A stretch of DNA of 63,177 nt, the filler included, from Octopus bimaculoides (lineage: Eukaryota), in NCBI RefSeq assembly GCF_001194135.2. It is 8 parts of 6 records of this genome, joined end to end, with 100 filler letters (N's around TTAATTAATTAA, not from the genome) between each part and the next. Parts side by side here need not be neighbours in the genome. Positions count along the whole stretch, not along the records: positions 14,877 to 27,968 come from NC_068981.1; positions 28,069 to 43,385 come from NC_068987.1; 6 more parts are not named here. The stretch is one strand, 5' to 3'. The notes below the pieces were generated by a model, which had not been told where the DNA came from, did not search any database, and saw only the letters and a list, made by a program, of their open reading frames with translations. Each line of letters starts with the position of its first letter. Position 1 is the stretch's first letter. This document shows positions 25,931-38,630 of this stretch, piece after piece. Made by a program: the position numbers and the translations under genes.

Positions 25931-27932
25931 GACTCCATTAACCTAGTACCTAAATCCCTTCTCAAAAAGTTGAAAATAGATAAAAGGTCTCAATGTCTTG
26001 CGAACAAACAAATCTTCATTACGCCGGAACACGATAGACCTGACGTTTGCTTTAAATTCACAGAAAGTCTAACTAACTCTGCTGAGACGGTGAAAGGTTT
26101 AGCGACAGAAAAAAATTCGATGAGGCATCAATTAAACTCACTGCCGCCAATACACATCATATCTACTGACATATCTCTGATAGATTCAAACGTTAATGTA
26201 ATGACAAGTGTCATCCGAAAACTGAATGATTCTTTATTATCGCCACTTTGGTATTAATTTCCTTCACCCACTCAACATTCATATTTCCTCCAACAGATAG
26301 GAACCTTACTAATTAAAACGGTATTACTTACCCCCATCCCAATGATGTGACATTCTAGAGTCCCTTTCATACGTAAACTGCAATGTCAAACTGGATGATA
26401 GTAGCGCCAGCATTACTAACCAGAGATTACCTTCGAAAGACATATACATTGTCTCTACTACTTAAACCAGCAATCAATATATTCGTCCAATATATAATCG
26501 CATATATTGTAACCTTGGCTGTAAAACAAATTTATCTCCTATTTACGCCCATATATTTTTACTATATCATCTTTCTTTTGTGTTCGAGATATTCCGATAT
26601 CTTAGAAAATATTCGATAATTGCACGTGACTATTTCTTGCATATAAAGCTTGTGACATATCTAACCTTATTGGAATTTTTTTTTTTTTTTTTTTTTTGCA
26701 TTTCAGACATATTCCACTGAATATATTGCAGACCAATATATTCCACAAATAGCACCGGAACAATGCTTCTAACAAGGTTTATTATCAAGACCTCTGTTGC
26801 GTACCTACTACTTGTTCTTTCCCTTTCGACGTAAATTGTGTATCGATTGCGTATTGTAGTGCAACAAAGACATTGTTATAAAGTCAAGAAAAATATTACA
26901 CTGCTGAGCCTTTTTTGTAATCAGCCCTTTTCTTTAGCAACGAAAGCAAACAGCTCATATTCCTTCTTTCATCGAAGTTCATTAGTTAAGGTGTATCTAC
27001 TTTATATCGTAGTTATCAGAAAACCTAATTCGTATCTCGGCTATCGAGGACATCGGTGTTCCGACTCTTTGATCAGTAGAATCGTGATATTCGTGTGTAT
27101 GTATATGGGTTTGTCATTATTCACTGTTTCGAGATTTCTTCCCAATGCAGAAAGAACCGGTTTCTGACCTAGATCCGAGGCTTCCTCATTGGAATTTCAA
27201 CAATGGTATTTCTGTATGCAAGTATGTATGTATATATGTATGCATGTATGTATGTATGTATGTATGTGCATATTTGTATGTTTTATATCTGTATTCTCAT
27301 CTATATAGTTGCATATCTAGACATGCTCATATACATCTAAATGATAAACTCTGGAAAGTTTAAGCAGACTAATAGTTCCAGTGAAGGATTGGATCTGTAT
27401 TCTTCAAGTTAGCATTCTCCTCTCTAGTTTTCAGAAGCCTTATTTCTCAAGATTGGCATTTCGATACTGTGTTACATATCACAGTGCCCCAATAATTACA
27501 GGTATAAACCTGAACTTGTAATATGAATAGATTAACTGCCGATTTCTCAATAGTTCAGAATTGGTGATCTCTTTTCACTGATCTTCAGGCAATGGATTTC
27601 ATCGTATTGAAAATCAAGAGCATACTTTGTATCAAAAAATAAGCTACAAATATGGTCTGACCGATGTGTTGGATAATCTGTGTTTTTTCTCCATTTTCTG
27701 ATTATTTGCATTGGTCCCTGTTGGACACTTGTTTATCCAGTTGTTATCTATATTCTACGTGTATGGTTTGCCTACCCACCCTTGCCCGGGGATAATACAA
27801 GTAACGGATACCGATAGTATATACGGATATATATATACACACATACACATATACATATACACACACACACATACACATATATATATATATATATATATAC
27901 ATATACACACACACATACACATATATATATAC

Positions 27933-27968
<36 letters not shown>

Positions 27969-28247
27969 NNNNNNNNNNNNNNNNNNNNNNNNNNNNNNNN
28001 NNNNNNNNNNNNTTAATTAATTAANNNNNNNNNNNNNNNNNNNNNNNNNNNNNNNNNNNNNNNNNNNNTATATATATATATATGAATGATATTTACACAT
28101 GAACTATGATGAAAAAATATGAGAAAGATGGTATATAATTTTTTTTTTGTGCAGGGGTTCCTTGAGACATGTAATTTATTTTAAGGGTTACGCAAGGGTA
28201 AAAAGGTTGAGAAACACTGGTCTAGAAGCTGTGGTCATGTTAGGAGT

Positions 28248-28402
28248 AGCCACTGGGCTGTGGCAATGCCAGGACCAGCTACTGGGCTGTTGTCATTGCT
28301 AGTTCCAGCCACTGGGCTGTAGTTATCTCAAGTTCAACCATGTTCATGTCAGGACAAGCCACAGGGCTGTAGTTGTGTCAAGATCAGTCATTGGGCTGTG
28401 GC
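28248..28402. repeat. degenerate minisatellite with agccactgggctgt core
   Basis: Five cores spaced 29, 30, about 50 and 29 bp apart, with divergent intervening sequence. Confidence 0.75.
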
Positions 28403-28862
28403 TATCCTGAGACATAAACATGATGGGTTAAAATACTTAGATACTCTGTTAAGTGGTTCAAATCAACCCAACTGATGCTTGTATTGATGTAAAATGATGA
28501 TGAGAGAAAAAGAGAGCAAATGTGTGTGTGTCTGTATGTGTGTACAAAGAATGAGGCAGAATCATTAAAGCATTGGATAGAATGCCTTGTGGTGTTTGTT
28601 CTGGCTCTGTGTTGTGATTTCAAATTCTGATGAAGTCAACTTGTTTTTTTATTCATTTGGAGTCGCTGAAGTACCATTCCAGTACAAGGGATCAATTATT
28701 TTCTCTTCTCCTCTCTCTTTTTCTCTGAACTGTTCCTGCAATTCAAAGATCCACCTTTGTCACATTGTCTCATGCTGTGTGGAATAATCATTCTGGATTC
28801 TTATTTTCAGTTGCTTACATATTTTCAAAAGCAGGAATTTAGTTGACTAAAGAACAAGATTG

Positions 28863-28907
<45 letters not shown>

Positions 28908-28929
28908 TGCCAGCATGGAAGGCAGATGT

Positions 28930-30260
28930 TAAATGATGATGATGTTATCATCATCATTGTTTAATGTCCGTTTTCCATGCTGGATTGGTTGGTTTGACAG
29001 GAGCTGGCCGGCTGGGGAGCTGTCCAGACTCCAAATTGTCTGTTGTGACATGGTTTCTATGACTGGATGCTCTTCCTAATGCCAACTACTTTACAGAGTG
29101 TGCTGGGTGCTTTTTATATGCCACTGGTACAGGTGTGTCTATGCAGCACCAGCACGAGTGCATTTTACATGACACCGGCACCTGTAAAGATGTATGGATG
29201 ACAGCAATTTTACTTGGCTTGATATGTCTTCTAAAGTACAGCAAGTCACCACAACTCCTGGTCCCTTGTCATTCCTTCAGTGAGGCCCAGCATCTGAAGA
29301 TCTTTTCTCCTCACTTCACCCTGTGTCTTCTTGGGTCTACTTCTTCCACAGGTTCCCTTCACAACTCTTTTTGCAGTTGTCCTCATCCATACACATCACA
29401 TGACCAAATCAGCGCAGTCTTCTCTCTTGCACACAACGTCTGATGTTCCTCTTAAATCATTTACATTCTGTCATTAGTGCACACTGGTATTACCCATCCA
29501 GTGAAGCATACTAGTTTCATTTCTTTCAAGCCTTCACAAGTCCTCTGTAGTCAAAACCCGTGTTTTACTGCCATGTAAAATAGCTGCACGTACACATGCA
29601 TCATACAATCTACCTTTCACTCTTAGCTACCGACAAAGGTAGAAGCTCTCTGAACTTTGCCCTGTTATATATCATCATCATCATACAGCTGTTGTCCATG
29701 CTGGCATAAGTTGAACGGTTTGACCAGGGCTGCACCAGACTCCAGTCTGATTTGGCATGGTTTCTATTGCTGGATGCCAACCACTCTGAGAGTGTAAAGG
29801 GTGCTATTATATGTCAGCAGCACAGGTGCCAGTTGCATGACACTAGTATCTGCCACAGCTACAATTTCATTTGGCTCGATGGATCTTTTACTCAAGCATG
29901 GCATATTGCCAAAGGTCTCAGTCATTTGTCATTGCCTCTATGTAGCCCAACACTCGAAAGGTACTTTTTACATGCCACCAGCATGGGTGCCAGTTATATG
30001 ACACTGGCATTGGCCACAACTTGCGATTTCACTTGGCTTGACAGGTCTTCTCAAGCATGGCATATTGCCAATGGCCTTGGTCATTAGTCATTGCCTCTGT
30101 GAGACCCAATGTTCAAAGATCATGCTTCACCTCCTTGTCCCATGTCTTCCTGTGTCTACCTCTTCCACAGTTAGAGATCAGCACTTCTTTACATAACTGT
30201 CCTCGTCCATGCACAGTCATCTCTCTTGCACACCATATCTGATGCCTCTTATACCCAACT
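28930..30260 (-). mobile_element. two adjacent 5'-truncated RTE 3'-end copies with (TGA)n tails
   Basis: Each begins on the plus strand with catcatcat and continues into the RTE 3' UTR and C-terminal ORF remnant (RKTWDKEVKHDL). Confidence 0.75.
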
Positions 30261-30406
30261 TTTCTCTCAAGATGCTTACACTCTATACATACATATATAT
30301 ATATGTATGTGTATACACCTAATAATGTGTGTAAACCTGCCAACTGCCACTGGCAAACCACAGCACAACCCTCTTTATTCCTCACAGGTGTAGATGTATT
30401 TATGTA

Positions 30407-31315
30407 TTGGGTTAGCAACTAAGTTCCCGCCATTTTTTAAAAGGCTTAATAAAAGTAACAACTAATTAATCAGTAATGTATTCACCCTTGTTATTTACAA
30501 TTTCTTCCCAACGTTCAACAAGACTTTCGATACCTTGTTGGTACAAATCACCTGATTTCGACTTGAAGAATTGATCCAACCAAGCTCTCAATTCTGCATC
30601 AGTATTGAACGAAACTCTGCGCATCGCATTTGAAAGAGATCGAAAGAGGTGGAAATCCATTGGTACCAAATCAGGAGAGTATGGCGGGTGAGGCAACACT
30701 TCCCAGTCATGCGTTTGAATGGCTTCCTTGGTCATATTGGCGATATGCGGGCAGGCGTTGTCATGCAGCAGAAAAGCTCCATGCTGCCAATTAGGTCTTT
30801 TCTCTTGAATAGCTGTGTTGAGTCATTCAATCGGTTGACCGTTTGGTTCTATTCAAGCAATTCATAATGGATAATCCCTTCCCAGTTCCACCATACGCAC
30901 AACGTTTTACACGGATGAAGATCTTGTTTTACGTGCGGTGTTGCTTGTTTACCAGGGCTAAGCCATTCCTTACACTGCTTCATATTGATGTACAGGCACC
31001 ATTTTTCGTCGCCAGTAACAATTCGGTAAAGAAATCATTGCTTGTGTCCATGAGTTGAGCGGTGACAAGCAAGCAAGCCAGCGGAGATTGTAGCTCGTTG
31101 TTGTCACTTAAAGCACGCGGAACCCATTCTCCATACTTATGAACCTTTTCCATCGAGTGAAGATGCTTCTCTATAGTAGTGTGGGAGCATTTCATTTTCT
31201 CTGCCAGTTTCTTTGTCATTTGACAAGAATTTTTGTGCAAAAGTTGCTTTAATCGCTCTTCATCGAACTCAACTGGACGGTCAGAACGAGGTGCATCTTT
31301 GAGGTCAAAATGGCA
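30407..31315 (-). mobile_element. mariner (DD34D) transposon, 5'-truncated
   Basis: TA followed by TIR ttgggttagcaactaagttc at 30407. Transposase pieces WVPRALS, HDNA, HPPYSPDLVPMDFHLF...GIESLVERWEEIVNNKGEY. Confidence 0.9.
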
Positions 31316-32006
31316 TTGGCTACATTCGGATGGTGCTTTTTACGTGCCACCAGCACGGAAGCCAGTCAGTGGGTACTAGCATCAGCCACATTTGGATGGT
31401 GCTTTTTTGGGATCGACTACGTTTGGATGGTGCTTTTTACGTGCCACTAGCACGGGAGCCAGTCAGGGGTAACTGGCCACAGCTACGATATTGGTTTTAC
31501 TTGACTCAACAGGCCTTCTCAAGCATATCATATTGCCCGATACATCAAGGGTACTCTTAACTGGGCTGGACAAGCATGGCTGCAATCTCACTTTAGTTGC
31601 TGAGTCTTCTCAATCACAGGATATCTCCAAAGGTCTTGGTCTCCTGTCATTGCCTCTGTAAGGCCCAATGTTCGAAGGTCATACTTCACCACCTCATCCC
31701 ATGTCTTCCTGGGTCTACTTCTTCCACAGGTTCCTTCCACAGCTAGAGAGTGGGATTTCCTCACACAGCTGTCCTAATTCATACGTAACACATGACCATG
31801 CCAGCACAGTCGTCTCTTTTGCACACCACATTTAATGCTTCTTATGCCCAACTTTTCTCTCAGGGCGCTTACACTCTGTCGTGTATGCACACTGACATTA
31901 CACATCCAGTGGATCATACTAGCTTCATTTCTTTCAAGCCTAATCATGTCCTCAGCAGTCATGGCCCATGTTTCAATGCTGTGTAGCATGGAGGTTTGCA
32001 CACATG
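31316..32006 (-). mobile_element. RTE-clade LINE, RT C-terminus and partial 3' UTR
   Basis: CVQTSMLHSIETWA..RLERNEASMIHWMCNV..RRLCWHGHV, then GRPRKTWDEVVK-type sequence and UTR repeats. Confidence 0.88.
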
Positions 32007-34126
32007 AATAGGAAAAGTAGCTGAGGTTGTCAGTGTGTTAGAATAATCAAAATGTGACTAGTTATAGGCAACTCAACAGCAACTGTTATTTTAGCATATG
32101 CCCCACAGAAGGGACTACAGTATGATTACTTCTATGACACCCTTCTGAAAATTACCTCAACAACAATTGAGAATGATTTCTTTATCATGGCTGGTGACTT
32201 CAACAGTCAGATTGGCCAGCATGCCAATGGCTTCCACAACACACATGGAGGCTATGGATGCAGTGAGAAAAATGAAGAGGGTGTAAGACTCCTGGAATTT
32301 TGTGATGCAATGGTTCTAACAATTTGCAACACATGCTTTAGGAAACTAACCAACCATCTCATCAGCTACAAATTTGGTGTACACACAAGTTCGATAGATT
32401 ATGTTCTCTCCAAAAACAAAAAGACAAAAGAGCTATTGTAAATGCCAAAACCTTTTTCTAGTGAAGAATGTACAGCACAACACAGATTAGTGGCTGGTAA
32501 GTTCAGAGACAGAATGACAATCTAAACATAAAAATCCCACAATTGATAACAGATTTAGAGAAATTCTGGGGTAAATTTAGATAACGCTAGCATATATGAA
32601 AATTGGAAATTTCTATGAAATAAATTGCTCAGGACCACAGAACAGACATGTAGCAGGATAAAAGTCCTGACCCAACTGAAAGTAGCATGGCAGAACAACA
32701 GAGTTGATATAGTAGTGAAGGCTAAGACACAGGCATGGAAAACTGGGAAGGAAAGTGGTAATAGGAAGCATTAACAGATGGCTAGAAAAGCAGTTATGCA
32801 ACAGGTTTATTTGGCTAAGGATGAGGCAGAGAGGGAGAGTCTTGCAATGTGTTGATCAGAGACGTGAAGTGTTCAGGATCATATGACAGTGTCTGAGTGA
32901 GAACTGAGAAGTGTATTCAGAATGATGAAGGCCATATTTGGCATTGATATGGAAGATAAGAAAGTGGTATGGAAGTGCTATAATGAGAAGTTGTTGAATG
33001 TGGAGAATGTGTGGGATAAAGAGGTGTTACTATGTGCTGACCCTATTGAGAGACCAACTCAAGTTGACAGCAGCATACTAGGAGTCATACCCCATGACTG
33101 GTGTAGCAGTATCATCCTAAACTGCTAGAAAGGCAAAGGGGGTGCCTTAGAGAAAAACAGTTACAGAAGAACCAAATTACTGGATCAAGTTATGAAGGTT
33201 ACAAAGAGTCATAGCACCATTGATTCATGACAGAATAAATCTAGTTGAGATGAAGAGATACCATGGATGCTGTCTTCCTAGCAAGACAACTGCAGAAGAA
33301 ATACTTGGCTAAGAGTAGACCATTATTTTTAGCTTTCATTGAATTGTAGAAGGCATTTGACAAGGTACCACATACAGAAATCAGGTGGTCACTTAGGAAA
33401 TGAGGTGTTGACAAATGGCTTGTGAGAGCTGTACAAGCTATGTAAAAACTCACAGTAAGCGAATTGAGAATCAACAATGATTTCAGTGATGAATTTAGCA
33501 TGAGGGGTAGAGTCCATCAAGTGTCTGTCCCCTTCACCATACTCCTAAAGACCATTACAGAGGAGTTTAAGGCATGGTAACTCTTATATACTACTGATCT
33601 AATTCTCATAGCTGAATCTATAGGGAGATTTGAGAGGAAATTCTGGCTGTGGAAGCTAAACCTAGAATTGACAGGTTTTATGGTAAACTTAGCAAAAACA
33701 AAGGTTTTAGTAAGTAGGAAAGGAAACAGGACCCTTGTACCTTCAGGTAAACAGCCTCACTCAATTTGCTTAAAAGGAATTGGTATGAACTCCATACACT
33801 GTATTCAATATAAGTTGTGGACACACAAGAGATGTAGTGGAATTGTGAGCAGACTAGCAGAGAACCTAAGCTTCATATGTGATAGATACTCTGGAGCAAT
33901 ACATACTATGAACACATCAGAAATAGACTCCTTTGATTGCCTGGATGGTTCACTAGAAGTAGTTGATAACTTTCATTACGTAGGAAAAATTATTACCTGG
34001 GAATATGGTTGCTTTGAAAGTATAGCAGCCAAGTTAAGAATGGGTTGGAAAAGGTTCAAGAAACTACTGCCAATGCTGGCAACAAAGGTTCTTTTCCTTC
34101 AAAATGAAGAGCAAATTATATAGTGC
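32007..34126 (+). mobile_element. RTE-clade LINE, endonuclease-RT segment (inverted 5' part of a twin-primed copy)
   Basis: AYAPQ, MAGDFNSQIG..NEEGVRLLEFC..IDYVL, DAVFLARQLQKKY..KAFDKVPH, VNLAKTKVL, WKRFKKLLPML motifs, with many disablements. Confidence 0.88.
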
Positions 34127-34956
34127 CTCACTCAATCTTTTGCTCATATTGCCTCCACCCTATCGCTCCTATTGCAGCTCTCTCCCCTATTCTTAATACC
34201 GCTTTTTCTTTCTTGCTACCTGGAACCATTTTGCTTCCCCACTAGATCACCAAATTATCTCTCATGCAATATGCCTACCTCTCTCTCTCTCCTTGTCTTC
34301 TGCAGCCTATCCAACCACATGTCATCTCTCTCTTGTCATCCCTTGTTAACTGTTTCATCATTACTATCTGGTTGCTGCATCCCTCTACCTTTCTCAACAT
34401 GTGCAACACTGGCTATCCATCACCCCTGTATCCATTATCCACTACATCCAGCTTTCAATCCTACCAGTTCCTTAGAGATCTTGCTTACCCCTTCTCTGAT
34501 TTCCCTTATTTCTTGCCCCCACCCATTCACACTTCTAGTTTCTCTGTCCCCACTCCTTTCTCATCTTGAAGTGCCATCTAGACACCTTATCACCAATATT
34601 TATTCCTTCAAAGATACTACTGACCACTCTCTCTCTCTCTCTCTCTCCCTCTCTCCTCCTCTCTCTCTTTCTCAAATGTGGCTTACCAAATAGCTCTTTG
34701 ACAAGAAACTGCTCTGCTCTGCCCTACCCTATCCCCTCCTTGGGTTTTACAGTCTTGTGAGCAACCTCACTAGTGCAGTAAGCAGTAGGAGAAAAGTACC
34801 CTGTACACACTGTAAAGTGGTTGACATTAGGAAAAGCTTGTTGTAGAAACCATGCCAAGGCAGATACTGGAGCAGAATACAGTCCTTGGACCTATCGAAT
34901 CTTGGAAAACAATCCAACCCATGCCAGTATGGAACATGGGCATCAAATGATGATAT

Positions 34957-34989
<33 letters not shown>

Positions 34990-36033
34990 TAAGACATCCC
35001 CTGTTCCCCTGCTCCTTTCTACCCACGTCATACCTTTATGGTCCAATCTGACACATCACCACTTATATCACTTTCCAACTTCCCCCACTCTCTTCTAAAA
35101 TGTGAGTAGTCATGTAGCTCCTCTTATGCAAGAAACCTGTTCTAATCTGGCCCTTTTTTTTTCATACTTTACCTCTCTCTACTCTGTATTCCCTTAGCAT
35201 TAAGTTCACCCACACCATTCTTGCAAGCTTCACAGCAACTTGACTAGTGCTGGTGGCAAAAAAAATACACCTAGTATACATTAGAAAGTTGTAAAGTGGT
35301 TGGCATTAGGAAGGGCATTCAACTATAGAAACCATGCCAAATAGACAATTAGAGCAGGATGCATTCCTTGGGATCATCAGATCCTGTCAAACCATCCAAT
35401 ACTGCTAGCATCATCGCCATGATAATGATGATGATAATGATGATGATGATGATGATGGCAGTGATGGCTCCCCCTCCTCCTCCTCTTCTTTTTTTTCTGT
35501 CCCCTCATTAATTCTCTCCCTATCCTCAATGTTTCAATTGGTAAAGGAATAATAAACCCCATCAATAAGTGAATATCACAGCACTTCTTTTTTTTAAGCT
35601 TTTTAAAAAATACTTAGGTGTATTTTGAAGGAAATTTGGGTCCTACTTCTTAGTCAGATGACTGTGTAGACACACAAAACAAATTAATATGTGCACGAAA
35701 GTTTAATTGCTTTAAATAATAGAGTAATTAATAATTATATTTATTATACATTCAATATGAATCTATTTTTATTACAGGAAAATCAATTACACAAAATGAG
35801 ATTTTTATGAACACAGGCTACTAAAAATTAGGGGTAAAGTTGCCTCATATGTAAGAAAACCTAACTTTAGTTTTACAGTGCATTTAGAAAAAGAAAGTTT
35901 TTTCATATTTATTATGGATTCCAAACAAAAAAGGTGACTTTTGAACTTTATCAGTGTTTATCACAAAAGTACATTTGCTGTAAAGTCACCATTGTGACAA
36001 TTCTAATTGTCTCTTTGTTGTTTTCTATTTCAG

Positions 36034-36086
36034 AAAGATGTTGTCCTAAAATGGGAGCAGCCACAAGGGGAAATGGTTGCATACAG
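36034..36086 (+). CDS. ZYG11B: zyg-11-like (CRL2 substrate receptor, ARM-repeat C-terminus), third-last coding exon
   Basis: Acceptor ttttctatttcag| and donor |gtgaat. 53 nt, phase 0 to 2, encodes KDVVLKWEQPQGEMVAYR, matching the recalled human ZYG11B segment SAILKWPTPECEMVAYR. Confidence 0.9.
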
Positions 36087-36689
36087 GTGAATAAAGTTTA
36101 TATTTGCCACTTGTTTTTCCTTTTCTTTACAAAATGGCAGAAATTCTTGTGATACAAGTACAACTTTGTAGTTAGAACGTTTGCTTCACAACCATGTCGT
36201 TCCTGGCCTGCATGTCTTTCACTGATGTATATTGGCAACGGGTAATCTTGTCACATACCCTGACTACCTCAGTCACCTTATCTACCAACTTCTCTGCCCG
36301 AAGTATACCTATACTGTCTACCCCATCACTACTTCCTATCCAAAAGAATTTATATCTATGTTCCTAACCCATAAGCAGTCTAGCTGAGTCCTCACCATTG
36401 TATTTCTTGCACACAGCAAACTTCTACATTTCTCCACTAAAGCATTTCAATAATTTCAGCAAACCTACCTTTCTAACATTGATCATCCAAAAATCTGAGA
36501 CAGTGAAATTTTAATTCAAATTGCACTAATGAAAAAATAGAAGAAAATCTATTATTATTAATTTGAATTTTTTTTTCTATTTTAGTCTGTATTTTAATTT
36601 TAAAAATAATCCCTTTACTCCATATAAATTTCAAAAATATGTTTTATCAATTTGAAATTTAAAGTTCTAAAGCCTTTTTTTAAAAATAA

Positions 36690-36941
<252 letters not shown>

Positions 36942-37449
36942 TGAGTAGTATTCCATTAATCATTGAATAATGAACTCTACATGCTGCTTAGCTACTTAAA
37001 AGAACATCCTCTGTAGGTCAAGTACAAAGTGCTGATGTCTGTAGTTGCATACAAGCACACTTTCTTATAGTTGTACATCAAATTCAATGCTGGCCACCTT
37101 CTTCATTTATGGAGCATTTGATGATTATGTTCCACTTGTTTTTGTACAGCTTCAGATAACTAAATGTTTATTGGGGCAGGTCATTTATAATCCTGCATAT
37201 ACACATCTTTTCTCACTTCCAATAGTGCTGCTTGTGTTTCTACTCCATATTTTCAATCCCTTCCCAACAGTGATGTCACCAAAGAGCGTAGCAAGTAATG
37301 ATGTTTTCCACTTGTTTAAGAGTTGATCTTGCTCTTCTTCAAGATGCTTCATCAACTAGTTTTTTAACCCTTTCTTTGTTCCTCCAGCTATGGATTGACC
37401 ATTGTGTAGCTGACTGTGGAGGATCCTACTGGTCTTTCCAAACCATTTC

Positions 37450-38060
37450 AGTTTATGCTTGCATCATATGAATTCTGCTGCTGGTTTGGTGAAGGATTTC
37501 TCTGTGCTAGGAAAATGTTAAAGACCTTCAGAGTGGTATTGTTGTTTGAGGTCCCTGTCTGGTACTGATACAACAAAGATTTGTAGATTAGCTGATAGAT
37601 GAGGGCATTAGTATGGACTCTGAGGTGGTTTTTTTAGAAAGACTCTCTCTTCCAAAAGGCTTGTATAAGGTGGTTTGTAATTTACACATCCCATATGCAG
37701 TTATTGGAAATGACACAACCTAGATACTTGAATTAGGAAGATGTGGTTAGTTGTTGTTGTTATACTGAGGATATGAGGTAGAGAGAAAGAGGGTGGTAGT
37801 GTATGCCATTGACACCTGACCTTGTTTTTCTAAAAGTTGACTGTCAAAATCATTCCTTCTAATGTTGCAATAGCTGACTTGTAGAGCTTCTGGAGTGTGT
37901 GCAGTCATCAGAGCACAGCCACCATCAGCATATTGTAGCCCAGTGATCTGTTTGTCTGTGTTCCAGCTGATTTGTAACTTTGTTGCCAACAAAATAAAAG
38001 ATCATGATACTGCACCACTAAGGCACCATTTAAAACTTTCTATCTTGGAATCTAAAGTAA
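37450..38060 (-). mobile_element. old RTE-like RT fragment
   Basis: Minus-strand ITGLQYADGGCALMTAHTPEALQ and SKYLGCVIS remnants. Confidence 0.55.
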
Positions 38061-38199
38061 GAAAAGTTGATAGTATCCACTTCTTTCTCTGTTGTGACTG
38101 TTGTTTAGTCTGCTGTGATCAAGAACTATGTTCAAGGAACCAGAAACAACACAAGAATTCAAATGTTTTTAACCAGCAAAGAAGATGGGTCACCAATAA

Positions 38200-38630
38200 T
38201 GTTTGATTATATTAACTGTGGAGAGAACCTGTAGAAGAGATAGACCCAAGAGGACATGGGACGAGGTGGTGAAGCATGACCATTGGATGTTGAATCTCGC
38301 GGAGGTGATGACAAGTGATTGAAACCTTTGGTGATTTGCTGTGCTTTGAGAAGACATGTGAAGCCAAATGAAATTGTAGTTGTGGCCAATGCCAGTGACA
38401 CGTAAAAGGTACCCATGTTGGTAACACATAAGAGGCACTCATGCCAGTGACACATGAAAGGCGCCCATATACTCTCTTGGAGTGGTTGGTGTTAGGAAGT
38501 GCATCCAGCCATAGGAACCAAGCTAAATTTGACTGGAGCCTAGTACAGCTCTCTGGCTTACTAATCCCAGTCAAACTGTCTAACCCATGCCAGCATGCAA
38601 AACAGATGCTAAATGATGATGATGATGATC
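38200..38630 (+). mobile_element. RTE 3'-end copy with (TGA)n tail
   Basis: gaacctgtagaagagatagacccaagaggacatggg... ending cccatgccagcatg...aaatgatgatgatg. Confidence 0.8.

Noticed and set aside
28248-28402. CRISPR-like repeat-spacer appearance
   Set aside because: Eukaryotic context, 14-bp degenerate cores, spacers that are related to each other, and no cas genes.
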